DNA of 64,000 bases from an uncultured delta proteobacterium. Its GTDB lineage: Bacteria > Desulfobacterota > Binatia > JACPRU01. Positions 30,355-40,820 of this stretch are shown piece by piece (position 1 is the first letter of the stretch; each line of letters opens with the position of its first letter). Below the pieces are notes generated by a model. That model did no database searches. It was not told the origin of the DNA and saw only the letters and a program-made list of their open reading frames with translations. The stretch lies in contig CAVUWD010000011.1 in the NCBI GenBank assembly GCA_963745025.1, positions 224,001 through 288,000 of the forward strand. The letters run 5' to 3'. A program made the position numbers and the translations under genes.

Positions 30355-31209
30355 TTAGCGCCGCAGCGCGAAGATCGGGCGCGCGCCGCGCAGACCCTTG
30401 AGCTCGTGCTCGCCGCGCGAGTCGAGCGACGAGGCCCGAGCCGTCGAGCAGGTCGAGGGTGGTGCCGGAGACGAACACCTCGCCGGCGCCGGCGAGCGCG
30501 GCGACGCGCGCGGCAGCGTGGACCGCCGACGCCGCGCGCCTGGCCGCCGACGATCTCGACTTCGCTGGTGTGGATGCCGACGCGCACGCGGATGCCGAGG
30601 TCGGCGACCGCGGGATCCATCGAGGCGGCCGCGCTCACCGCCTTGGCCGCGCCGTCGAAGAGCGCGAGGAAGCCGTCGCCGGCCGCGTCGATCTCGCGGC
30701 CGCGGAAGCGGTCGATCGCCGCGCGGATGCGCACGTTGTGCTCGCGCAGCAGCTCGGCCCACGCGTGGTCGCCGAGGCGTTCGAGCGTCGCCGTCGAGTC
30801 GACGATGTCGCTGAAGAGGATCGTCGCGAGCACGCGCTCGCCGAGCTCCTCCGGCGACAGTCCGAACGCGTGCGCGCTGGCGAACTCGACCGAGTCCCAC
30901 GGCTCGTCGCCGACCACCCAGGCATCGTGTCCGGGCGGGATCTCGTAGGCGTCGCCCGGCCCGATCGTGAGCATCGGTGCCGTCGTCCATGCGCACCTGG
31001 AGCGAGCCCGAGATCGTGTAGCCGAGGTGGCGGTGCTGGCAGGAGCGCGTGCCGGTGATCGGCGCGACGTCCTTCGACCAGCGCCAGCCCGGCTGGAACA
31101 CGAAGCGGCCGATCGCGATCTCGTCGAGCGAGACGATGTCGAGTCGCCCGGTCGGGAAGGTGCGCACCGGTCGGGCGTTTGCGAAGCTCTTGCGCTGCAG
31201 GCGACGCAC
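30355..31209 (-). CDS. Cupin + class III cyclase fusion, frameshifted near 30975 and 30520
   Basis: QPGWRWS...HLGY...PPGHDAWVVG cupin, then RVLATILFSDIVDS, GDG, VHAAAR, ELKG. Confidence 0.8.
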   Translation of the reverse strand: MRRLQRKSFANARPVRTFPTGRLDIVSLDEIAIGRFVFQPGWRWSKDVAPITGTRSCQHRHLGYTISGSLQVRMDDGTDAHDRAGRRLRDPARTRCLGGRRRAVGLGRVRQRARVRTVAGGARRARARDDPLQRHRRLDGDARTPRRPRVGRAAARAQRAHPRGDRPLPRPRDRRGRRRLPRALRRRGQGGERGRLDGSRGRRPRHPRARRHPHQRSRDRRRPGARRRRSTLPRASPRSPAPARCSSPAPPSTCSTARASSLDSRGEHELKGLRGARPIFALRR

Positions 31210-31349
31210 GAGGGCATCGTGCGCTGCGCCGCGGAGCGTCGCAAGGGATGCGCCTGGCGCAGTCCGCCGCCTACCCGAGCGTCTCCGCCGGCAGCCACAG
31301 CGACACCACCGCGCCGCTCGAATCGGGTGATAGAGCGAGAAGTGCCGAC

Positions 31350-31400
31350 GGTTCCGAGATCGCAGGTTATGTCGACATCGGCCGTTTGTAGCCGCTTCTG
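31350..31400 (+). repeat. dif-like + oriIS-like element, copy 4 (inverted)
   Basis: GGTTCCGAGAT-CGCAGG-TTATGTCGACA-TCGGCCGTTTGTAGCCGCT. Confidence 0.65.
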
Positions 31401-31687
31401 TGAAGCGGCCCTAAGGGCCCTCAGCTATTCGATCTCGGGACCGCCGCGCCCAGATGCACCTTACGGATGCCTTCTTTCCGAGCCGGACCGGCAATGACTC
31501 CGGCGTTGAGGCACATGGGTGGTCCGGTCCGGGTCGGAAACTGGGCGTAGGACGAAACCGCGCGGTGGCGCGTGGCAGGACGTTGGCTATGGGGATTGAA
31601 TCAGGAGAGGAAGTGGGCGGGACTACGTGGGACTGTAGGGTGGACGGCAGTCTGCGAGCGCGGCCGGGAGCGGACGGGCGGCGTGAG

Positions 31688-31942
31688 CTCCATGATGTGG
31701 TGCCAGTCTTCAGGGTCGATCGACTCCGAGAGATCCATCGAGCCCTTCACGTCGGCAAAGAGGACGGTCACCTGCTTGCGCTCGCCTTCCAGGGCCGACT
31801 TCGATTGCAGGATCTTCTCGGCAAGGTGCTTCGGCGTGTAGGAGCGAGGGTCGGGAGCCGACGGCTCAGCCAGTGGCTGTCCGCACGAATCGCAGAACTT
31901 CGCGCCCTCGCGGTTCTCGCAGCCGCAACTGGAGCACTTCAC
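31688..31942 (-). pseudogene. Zinc ribbon + cyclase N-terminal remnant
   Basis: CSSC..FCDSCG, SYTPKHLAEKIL, GERKQVTVLFADVKGS; breaks after WHHIME. Confidence 0.88.
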
Positions 31943-31949
31943 TCGGACT

Positions 31950-32115
31950 GACTCTTCACGACAGCTCCTACAGCAACATCTTCGCGTCCTTCAGATCCGC
32001 CGTGTCGAAGCCCTCGGTGAACCAGCCGTAGATCTCGACGAGCATCTCCCGGGTTTCCTTATCCTTGCCCTGCGTCTGGAGCCGGCGAGCGAGGCTCGTC
32101 GTTGCCCGGAGCTGC
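31950..32115 (-). pseudogene. C-terminal remnant of a cyclase/AAA/TPR protein
   Basis: RATTSLARRL...EIYGWFTEGFDTADLKDAK. Confidence 0.8.
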
Positions 32116-32249
32116 CAGGTCGTGACGCTTTGACGGCGGGCGACGGAAAAAGTAGCCTTGCTCGACGGTCAGGAGAGTATTTCTTGTTGCCTGGAACGGA
32201 GGCACTTTCGCACATTGGCACGTGGGTGGAGGCCGTGCGAGATTCTGAT

Positions 32250-33030
32250 CTATTGGCCCCTGAGCCCCTCGCGATCGAGAAGACGGCCGTACCGCGACGC
32301 ATACTTTAGAGCGCGACCACGGTTAGCGGCATAGGCCTCCTTCGCATCATGAGAGAACTGCTGCCAATAAAGATCTAGAAGGGCCGCGATCTCGCCCTTA
32401 AAGTCGATCGAGCCTCGAATCTTTGGTTCCAGCTCTGCGATGGCGTCGGATTTGATCCGGTTGAGGCTCTTACCGAACACCCAGGCAAGTCCTGTGAGGA
32501 TAGCTCCAATGATGGCCAGCTCTTCAATGTCGGCGAAGTCGTAGAAGAAGTCAGCTGCCGCAAGCAGGACCCCCGCATGAAGAAAATCCTCTCGGGCCAG
32601 CTCATTGGGCGCCTCAATGCTCCGCGCTATCTCGCGAATCGGTGGTACATCTAGTTGAACAACGTGTCCTGGCGCATGACCAAGGATGACGCGTGCTATG
32701 GCGTAGCCAATAACAGGACTGCTCGTGAGAGCGATCATGAATGCGCCTGGCGGGGCATCCGACCACAAGAGCGATGCTCCCCCGAGAGTCACAGCCGCCG
32801 AGAAGGTGGAGGCCAGGAATGCGCTGTCTGATGTCAGGTGACGAAGCCGCAGGGTACGAACTTTCTGCAGGAAGGGAAAGTACATCTCCGTAGCGCGCTC
32901 ATTGAGCCTAGAGGCAAGTATCTGAACATCAGCTTGTATCTCGGCATTTATTCCCGCGACAAAGCTCGCTACAACACTCTGAAGATCTTTCTTGAGCTTT
33001 TCCCGGATATCCGAGACCGATTCGTATGCT
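32250..33030 (-). pseudogene. Low-GC hypothetical protein, 5' truncated by IS481
   Basis: Frame stays open from the IS boundary through M32885 to the stop at 32250. Confidence 0.65.
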
Positions 33031-34113
33031 TGTTTGGATCACTTTAGACTGGGACCCGTAGTGATGTCATCGCGGCGCGCGCCATCGGTTGGCGCTGGCT
33101 CCATGCCAGGGCTTCGCCACCCGATGGCGCTTGGAGCTCAATCGACACGCCCGGAAGCGCCGCAGAGAGTTTCTCGGCCGGGGTTCTACCGCCCAGCGCA
33201 GAAGAGAAGCGCTCGAAATTGTATGCGTGTTCCCAGTTCCCGAGGGCCGCGGCGGCCGTCTCGAAGTTGTCAAAGGAGCGATGGCCCCAGAATTCCTCGT
33301 GATCGATTCGATGACTCCGCTCGACCTTCCCGTTCTGTTGAGGACGTCGCGGTCGGATGTGTCGATGACGGATGCCTGCTTCCTGCACCGCAAGGGAAAA
33401 GGCGAGCGAGAATTCCGAGCCATTGTCGCTTTGGACCTTGCGAATCGGGAAGGGAAAGCCACGCTGGAGCTCGCCGAGGAAGTCGAGGCTCGAGGTTTGG
33501 TTGAGCCGCCGGTACAGACGCAGAACGCGGAAGCGGGAGTGATCGTCGATCGCCGTGTACTGAAACGCCTTGGCTTTCCCGACTCGCACGAACTTCACAT
33601 CGACCTGAACGCAGTCTCCCGGCTTCTCCCGTTCGAAGAGTTTGAGTTGTCGGGGCTGTCGCTTACGAACGCGCTGCAGTCGCGGAACTCCGATGTCCCG
33701 GAAGATGCGTTGAATCGTGGTGGTGGTCGTGCGGATCCGATGTACGCGCAGCAGCCACGTCCGGGTCCGTGAGGCCCCATACCGGAGCTCTCGCCGAGCA
33801 TGCTCGACGAGCGGCAAGATCTCCGGGGCCACGCGTCGCTTCTTCCGATCGGGATATTGCGGAATCAACCCATCAGGCCCCAGAGCGCGGAAACGATCGC
33901 GCCATTCACGAACGGTCTTTCGATCAAGCCGAAATCGGTGCGCGGTCGGCTTCAGGCCATGGAGCATCGCCTGTTCGATGATGACCATCCGTTCCCGAAC
34001 CTTCAGCCGATACCGCGCTCTCTTTGATGCCAGATCCTGATTCATCGGACCTCCCTCCGTCGGCGAACGGCATATTCGCCCGGTTGGGGTCCCGATCTAA
34101 AGTGGATACATCA
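33031..34113 (-). mobile_element. IS481 family insertion sequence
   Basis: 27-bp IRs TGTTTGGATCACTTTAGACTGGGACCC / TGATGTATCCACTTTAGATCGGGACCC; no target duplication seen. Confidence 0.88.
33044..34045 (-). CDS. IS481 family DDE transposase
   Basis: PGDCVQVDVK, AIDDHSR, QSDNGSEF, PQQNGKVERSHR. Confidence 0.93.
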   Translation of the reverse strand: MNQDLASKRARYRLKVRERMVIIEQAMLHGLKPTAHRFRLDRKTVREWRDRFRALGPDGLIPQYPDRKKRRVAPEILPLVEHARRELRYGASRTRTWLLRVHRIRTTTTTIQRIFRDIGVPRLQRVRKRQPRQLKLFEREKPGDCVQVDVKFVRVGKAKAFQYTAIDDHSRFRVLRLYRRLNQTSSLDFLGELQRGFPFPIRKVQSDNGSEFSLAFSLAVQEAGIRHRHIRPRRPQQNGKVERSHRIDHEEFWGHRSFDNFETAAAALGNWEHAYNFERFSSALGGRTPAEKLSAALPGVSIELQAPSGGEALAWSQRQPMARAAMTSLRVPV

Positions 34114-34363
34114 GGGCATCGCGGTAGATCACGTTATAGGGTGTCAGGTACACATTCTCTGGCGAGGTCAGCACGTCGACCACGTTGGGCCGATCAAACC
34201 TGCCACCGAAGTTCGCCGTTTCGAACAGACGTGTGCGACCGGAGTCATACGCCTCGGAAGCCATCAAGGATGGATACCAAGGTGCGTTACTGCCGTCTGC
34301 TGCCAGTGCGATGGTGGCCACCATCGACAGAGCTATCGACTGAGACAGTGCGAGTATGCGCAT
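34114..34363 (-). pseudogene. Secreted protein (WYPSL paralog B), truncated by IS481
   Basis: Signal peptide then PWYPSLMASEAYDSGR, matching PWYPSLQAFEHYDSGR in 36751-38471. Confidence 0.75.
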
Positions 34364-34382
34364 CGGTTCTCCTCGGCACAGC

Positions 34383-36644
34383 TTACGGGCCCGGCACGAC
34401 GAGCGGGAAGACGTACGTGGCGTCGCCCGTGCCACAGGGCACCCCGTGCTGGTCGATGGGGGGCAAGATCGAAGGAGGCGGACAGCCTGGAGCGGGAAAG
34501 TACATCCGTATCATCGGACGAATATCGGTATTGATGCTCGAATTGTTCCCGTAGACGTAGTTGTAGTAGGCGGTCGAAGGCGTCGGGATCCAGTTCTGTG
34601 GATACGCGCCAGTCGGCGGCGTGGGGATCCAGTTCTCTGGATCCGCTCCGGGAGGAGAAGGGGGACCCATCCAGATGGTGTAGGAGCCGTTGGCGTTTGG
34701 TTTCAAGAGCTTCGACGCGATTTGCTGCGATCCCAGCTGCGACACCGATTGGATCGGGCCCCACTGGAACGAGCCGCTCCCTGCGAGCAGGTCGACGACT
34801 GTACTGGGATCAGGTGCCCCGGAGTCCTGAATGGGCACAGTATTCCCCGACAGCAGCTGCTTCCAGACTCTGGCGATCTGAAATGTGATCGTGGAGTTCG
34901 TGCCATTCGTTCCCGGTGTGGGATTGGCGACGATGTAGTACGGCTTCCCCGGTAGGAGGCCGTAGGATTCCGCCGCGGATCCACTGAAGAACACGGGGGA
35001 GCTGGCCTTCATGACCGCCCACGTGGTGTTGACGGCCGTGATGGTGTCAGCAGTGGGGTCGACGGAAATCACGTCGAGATTCGCGTTCGAGTAGAACGTA
35101 TTCAGCGATGCGGTCTGCATGAGGAAGGGAGCCGCGGACTGCGAAGTGTCCGGCTGGTACACGTGCAGCGACCAGAAGCCACGATCATTGCCATTGATAT
35201 CCTGCGTGGACGGGGGAAGGTCGGTGAACGTGATCGTGTAGGTGTTGTTGCCGTCCAGCTGAACCGTCGAGGTGCCGATGGCGTTCGTCTGCGCGTACAC
35301 CGCGTCTGCGGCCAGGTTCGCCGAGCCTCCGGCCAGAACGATGGCGCCGCGAACTTCGTAGCCGCTCTCGTTGTTGGGGTACGTACCGACGTTCGCGTTT
35401 TCGTATTTCCAGAAGTTCGTCGATTGCCCCGGGCTCGTCGTGAGCTGAAGGTTGAGGATCTTGTTGCCGTCGAGGAGGCCGTCCTTCAGTGCATTCAGCT
35501 GCGCGGTTCCCCAGTTGAGCGGGACCGCATACCCGTTCTCCGTGAGCCCGAGTGGCCCGAACAACTCGAGGGTTGGTTGCTGACCGTCGGACGGATTCTC
35601 GTAGGGCGTGGCGTCCCCCGTGGCCCCGGCTTGCGGAGCGATCCACGCAGGGAGAAGCCCGAGCGGCGTGCCGGCCAGACCGACATCCGCGGTGGGCATC
35701 GGGCTGATCACGAGCGAGCATCCCGCCTGGAGGAAGAAGTCGACGGCGTCCGCCGGGGTGCAAGTGTTCCGGTCGCTGCACGGCTGTGTTTGCCAGCGCG
35801 CCGCTCGCTTGATCTGCTCCTTCGTGAACTTGTACTCGAAGCTCGACTGGTAGATCGGCTGGTTGCCGTTGTTCAGGTATTCGTCGAGAGTGTTCAGCGC
35901 GAACTTCTGGACGACGTCCTTGTAGACGTTCGCCGTCGAGTTCGGGGGGAAGGAGTTCGGTCCGCTGGAGGGAGCCAGTGTGTCGGCGCGAATGCGGATC
36001 AGCATCCAGTTCAGGTTCGTATCCGTCGGCAGGACGCGGAACTCCTTGCCGCGGATCGTGACTTTCGTTTCGTGCTGGTAGACCGACTGCGGTCCCGCGA
36101 TGAGATACGTCTGCGACTCAGGCGACGGTGTGGTGCGGGTACCGATACTGCCGACGGTGTTGATGAACCCGTCGAGGAAGTCCACGACGATATACTGTTC
36201 CTTCGCGGGATCCTGCGACGGATCCTCCGACGGCGGAACGGTCAAGACGAGGTCCGTTGTACCTCCTTCGGTCTGCTTACCTGAGAGATTGATCATCCCG
36301 TTGAGGTAGAGGACCGAAGCGTCGCCAGCGTTGGTGGCCGGGTTGTTCCAGGCGGCAACCTCCGTGATGCCACCGAGCTTGTTGACCGGCGCCGTCTTGA
36401 GGGTGTTGCGGTTGAGGAAGCGGTAGACGAATTCGGGCGCGAGCGCCCAGATGTAGGCTTGCGCCGCCAGCTGTCGGATCGCGACGGGATCCGTGAGCGA
36501 CGAGATCGCCCCCTGCCGGTGGTAGCACTGGTTGGCCTGAGGCTCCGGCTCGACGGTAGGCGGGACCGCCAAGACGACCTGGCCGTGGAAAGCGAGTGCC
36601 ACGCATACGATGAGCGCACTGGCAGTCAGCGCGTGCTTCTTCAT
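34383..36644 (-). CDS. Secreted DUF1254/DUF1214-like protein
   Basis: Signal peptide, AQAYIWA, GSIGTRTT, LDGNNTYTITF, GFWSL, NWIPTP, RMYFP. Confidence 0.75.
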   Translation of the reverse strand: MKKHALTASALIVCVALAFHGQVVLAVPPTVEPEPQANQCYHRQGAISSLTDPVAIRQLAAQAYIWALAPEFVYRFLNRNTLKTAPVNKLGGITEVAAWNNPATNAGDASVLYLNGMINLSGKQTEGGTTDLVLTVPPSEDPSQDPAKEQYIVVDFLDGFINTVGSIGTRTTPSPESQTYLIAGPQSVYQHETKVTIRGKEFRVLPTDTNLNWMLIRIRADTLAPSSGPNSFPPNSTANVYKDVVQKFALNTLDEYLNNGNQPIYQSSFEYKFTKEQIKRAARWQTQPCSDRNTCTPADAVDFFLQAGCSLVISPMPTADVGLAGTPLGLLPAWIAPQAGATGDATPYENPSDGQQPTLELFGPLGLTENGYAVPLNWGTAQLNALKDGLLDGNKILNLQLTTSPGQSTNFWKYENANVGTYPNNESGYEVRGAIVLAGGSANLAADAVYAQTNAIGTSTVQLDGNNTYTITFTDLPPSTQDINGNDRGFWSLHVYQPDTSQSAAPFLMQTASLNTFYSNANLDVISVDPTADTITAVNTTWAVMKASSPVFFSGSAAESYGLLPGKPYYIVANPTPGTNGTNSTITFQIARVWKQLLSGNTVPIQDSGAPDPSTVVDLLAGSGSFQWGPIQSVSQLGSQQIASKLLKPNANGSYTIWMGPPSPPGADPENWIPTPPTGAYPQNWIPTPSTAYYNYVYGNNSSINTDIRPMIRMYFPAPGCPPPSILPPIDQHGVPCGTGDATYVFPLVVPGP

Positions 36645-36750
36645 GGTTCCTCCGGGCACCGGTCTCACCGGCCTGGTTTCGCGGCAGGGTCCGCGGCGTA
36701 GTCGGTCGCGCCGGGTCGCGGCTCATTCGAGGACCAGACGGTCGATCGGC

Positions 36751-38471
36751 CTATTTGGAATTGGGGAATGGCGTCACCTTGACCAACGTGCCCTCTGCTC
36801 CGGGGAAGAACACGCTTCCGTCGTAACCGGGCTGAACCGCGCTTCCCATGGTCATGAAGGGCACCTGATCGGAGCGTGCGAGCTCGCGACCCGTGGCGGC
36901 GTCGCGAAAGACGACCACGTCCGTCTGGTTGTCGCCGGGGATCTGGTCTACCGGGATGTCCGTGCCGACCCAGGTGCGGTTACCCTGCGGGCCGATGAGG
37001 GTGGCCCACTCGGTCGTCGTCTGAGTCTGCTTCCACACGGTCTTGATGCCCGAATCGGTGATCCTGAACGCCGCGACCTTGCGAGCCAGCGTCTCCACTC
37101 CGTAGAAGAGTCCGTTCTGCGGATCGACCTCGAGCGACATGCCGGCCCAGCTGATCGCCGGCGCGAACGCCTTGGCGAGCTCCGGCGGGATCGGATCGTT
37201 GAGATACGGCTGCAGGAAGAATTGACTTCGTGGCATCGTTCTGGTTGATCGCGAACACCGTAAGCGCCCCGGTAGCAGGAATGGAGTTCGTCGCGCCGAC
37301 GATCCAGTCATTCATGACGATCAACGAGCCGCCAGTCTGCTGATTGTCATAGGGAACGGCTGTGGGCGTCCAGTTGGTATCGAGCGAGAAGTGTCCGTGG
37401 TCCACGGAGTAGCGCACCGCGTTCGAGAGGTTCTCCAGCAGGTAAACGTAGTCGACGCCGTGGTACCGAGTGATCGTCGGCCGGGCGGAGCCGCGTGCCG
37501 GCAGAATGATGGTCTCGATGAACTGCATCGTTTCCGGGTCGACCGAGATCAGGTTGGACTGCGGAACGTTTCGGGCGTCTGGGGCAGTTGAGGAGCGCCG
37601 ACGGTCCGTTGAGCGTGCACCCGGCCACTCGGTACAGCGATTTCACCACGATCGTCCCGTCCGGGAGCGCGTTGATGCCGTTGTACGAGGTGTTGACCGC
37701 GTCATCGCGTCAGGGACTGGTCATAGGTCGGCCGGCGTGCTCGGGTAGTTGCAGCGCATGTAGACCGCGGTCGGCAGCACGAGCGTGTCGACGACCTTCC
37801 CGTCGGCCGGATCGACCTTGAAGATCCGGTAGCCGGACACCACGTAGATGTATGCCGTCGTTCTCGATCGCCATGGCGCCGGGGTAGTCCCATTCGCCGG
37901 CTTGCTGCGGCTGGCAGACCGGCGGGGCGCCGCAGCCTTGCTCGTATGTGCAAACCTGCTGCGTGCCGCACTCCTGCTCCGTGTTACGCAGTTGCGTGTA
38001 CCAGACCGGCTTCAGCGTCGTCGGGTCGACCTTCGCGACGAACGGGCCGATCGAGTTCTCGACGTCGCCGTAGCTGCCGCCCTGGATGAAGGCGTTCTTG
38101 TGGTCGAGGTAAGACATGTTGTAGCCGGACGGGTACGCGCCGTCGTCCGAGAAGACGAGGTCCACACGGTTCTTCCCGTTGAACGAGCCGCCGAACTTCG
38201 CCATCGAGAACACGTGCGAGCGGCCGGAGTCGTAGTGCTCGAACGCCTGCAGCGATGGGTACCACGGCGAGTTGGAGCTAGGAGGGATGTTGCCGGGCGA
38301 AGAATTCGTGGAGTTCGGCGGAGCGCCGAAAGCGACGCTCGCTAGCACCCCCGCGGCCGCGACGACAGCCAACGAAGTGCAGACGTGGAGATGGCCGCGG
38401 ATCCGAGCGAGCAGCGGATATCGCGGATGCATCGGGTCGGTGGCCGCTTCTAGATGGTCTTTGAGATCCAT
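36751..38471 (-). CDS. Secreted beta-propeller-like protein (WYPSL paralog A), several frameshifts
   Basis: Coherent protein pieces across ORFs 37710-38663, 37347-37649, 36980-37528, 36751-37311; VDP repeats. Confidence 0.6.
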
Positions 38472-39161
38472 TCCGCTTCCTTTCCCTTTTGCGACACACG
38501 CGCTGGCTCTTGCGAAACCAGCACACGACCATAGCGGGGCGCTGGAGAACGCCCACCAGCGCCGGGATCGTAACATGCTCGGGCGGACCGAGACATTCCT
38601 CCCCGTCTCTACGCCCTTTGGCTGGATTCGCTGATCTTCGCCGCAAGAACCTGCGACCCCCATTTTGACGCCCTTACTGAGAAAACTTGGAGAGAAGCGA
38701 TGCAGCCAGGAATCGACTACATCGTGTCGTTCTACTGATTTTTCTCGCCGTTCTCACTTCTCACCCTCCGCCGGCGCCGAGCGCCGCTTCAGGTACGTCT
38801 CGAGGTCTTCCACCGGCCGCGTGAAGCGATGGTCGATACCTCCATCGGTCGTCGCACGAATTTCATCACGCTCGTGCGGCGCCGTCGATACCAGGTGGGA
38901 CTGATTATCGCTGTGTGAGCCCGTCGAATACTCCGGGCGATGCCAGGAAGCGCTCTCGGCTTGGGCGGGGGAAGTGTCCATGGAGAGGCGCGCTCGCCCG
39001 GGGGCTCTCGGATTGCGCCTACATCTGGCCGGAAGGCTTGGCCTAACTGACGCGAACAGCTTCTTCGTTTTCCACGAGCCCCTTGCGTGGCAGAATCACG
39101 CGAAGACCACAGGCACGCCGCTAGAGGTGTTACCGGTTCGACATCGAAAGCCGCGAGCGGC

Positions 39162-39275
39162 GGATAGGCGGATAGGCGGGACAAGCGGCCTGGTTGACGT
39201 AATCGCTCCATATCCGACGCCTGCCGAACTCACGAGAAACCCGTTTTTACGGCACGCATAAGGAACCTGTCCACC
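39162..39275 (-). repeat. dif-like + oriIS-like element, copy 5
   Basis: Minus strand GCGTCGGATAT-GGAGCGA-TTACGTCAACC-AGGCCGCTTGTCCCGCCTATCC, downstream of the IS91 transposase stop. Confidence 0.75.
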
Positions 39276-39384
39276 AAAATCACGGTGACGGCGCGCCGGC
39301 GGCCACCCCGCCCCCTCCCGCGTGGCCCGCGAGGCAGAGGGCAAAGAACACTCCGCCCTGGCCTGAGCTTCGCTTGGCTGACTC

Positions 39385-39570
39385 TCAACCGGCGCCGAAG
39401 TCGAAGAACCCCGCCGTCTCCGGAGGCGGCCGCGCGGCCGCAGGCCGCGGGCACTCGGTAGCGATACCGAGGTGAGAGAGGATCTTCCTGATCACCGCCG
39501 GATCCTCGATGGTGGCGAGTAGACGCAGCCGCCCGCCGCACTCGGGGCAGGAAAGAACGTCGATCTCCGC
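39385..39570 (-). pseudogene. IS91-family (HUH Y2) transposase C-terminal remnant
   Basis: IDVLSCPECGGRLRLLATIEDPAVIRKILSHLG...ARPPP signature tail. Confidence 0.85.
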
Positions 39571-39743
39571 CGTGGCATGCATCATGCGTCGATCGAGGTG
39601 GGGTCGAGCTCGGCGCAAAAAAAGAAAGGGCAGGAGCGGCAGCGAGCCGGAGGCACTGGAGCCTCGGGGCTGCTGCCGCTGAAGGGCGGGAACAACGCGT
39701 AGGGATGGACTACGGGGGATGAAGAGAAAACTGCCGATGCTAC

Positions 39744-40320
39744 TCACGCGGGCAGCGCGATCTCCCGGGACCGCTCGAGCCTGCTGATCGTCTTGCTTCG
39801 CCGCCGATCCGACACGCGGGCGTAGACGAGGCTCGACTCGATGTTTCGATGACCGAGGTGGTCCTGAACGAAGTCGATCGGCTCGCCTGCGTCGAGAAGG
39901 TGGGTCGCGCAGCTGTGCCTGAGACAATGCACGTGCCTCCGATTCGGCGGGAGATCGGCGGCGGTGGCGTAGCGGGTGAAGAGGGCCTGTATCCAGCGCT
40001 TCGAGAGCCGGCCCTGTCTGACCGACGAAGAGCGCCGCATTGTCATCGGTCCGGGTACGGAGGTATCGCCGGAGAATCGCCACGAGACGCCGAAAGAGCG
40101 GCTTCTCTCCAGAGTAGCCGTTCTTCACACGCCAGACGCGGATCGTGCGGCGTTCGAAGTCGAGGTCCTCTCGCTGAAGCAGGCAAGCCTCGGAGACTCT
40201 GAGGCCGTAGAGGTAGATCGTCGTGAAGAGCGCTTTATCTCGAGGGTTCCTGATGACCGAGAAGAACGCTCGGACCTGGTCTTGGCGGAGGTACCTCGGG
40301 AGGTTCCACTTCACGATCAT
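39744..40320 (-). CDS. Small tyrosine recombinase (catalytic domain only), frameshift near 40020
   Basis: GLRVSE, K, HCLRHSCAT, LGHRNIESSLVY; RBS GGGAGG. Confidence 0.88.
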
Positions 40321-40322
40321 GA

Positions 40323-40798
40323 ACCGCCTCCCTTCTTCGATAGAAGGAGGCCCTGCGGTCGGGAGTCTCCGCGGTGGCTGGAGCGCCCCCTGCGGTCCCG
40401 TAAGCGCCGGCGTCTCCTTCGGCGGCAGGAAGCTGCGCAGCACGAGTGTCTGCGGAAGGGCCGTGCGCGGCGGCGCGGGCGGCAATGACTTCGGCTTTTC
40501 TGGCAGGCGCTGCGGCGGCAGCGGCTGGAGCTCGGCGTCCGGGATCTCCTCGAGGTCGGCGTCGCAGCGCGTCGTCCTCAAGATCCGCCCCGCCTCGTCG
40601 TCGATCTTCATCTTCTGGCAGACGTAGATCCAGGTATCGACCAGGTCGACCTGAGCCCAGTAGCGGTCGGCCACCTGGTAGAGCTCGTTCGAGACGATCT
40701 GGACGACGAGATCCCCGACTGCGAACCGGGGCGGCTCAGCACGAGCCACGCCATTCCGCGACGACCCGTCCCGTGGGATCGTCGATCCGATAGGACAT
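40323..40798 (-). CDS. Hypothetical protein, frameshifted
   Basis: RBS AGGAGG + ATG at 40798; continues as PRFAVGDLV in another frame. Confidence 0.5.
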
Positions 40799-40820
40799 AG
40801 GAACCTCCTGTCGTTTTTCT

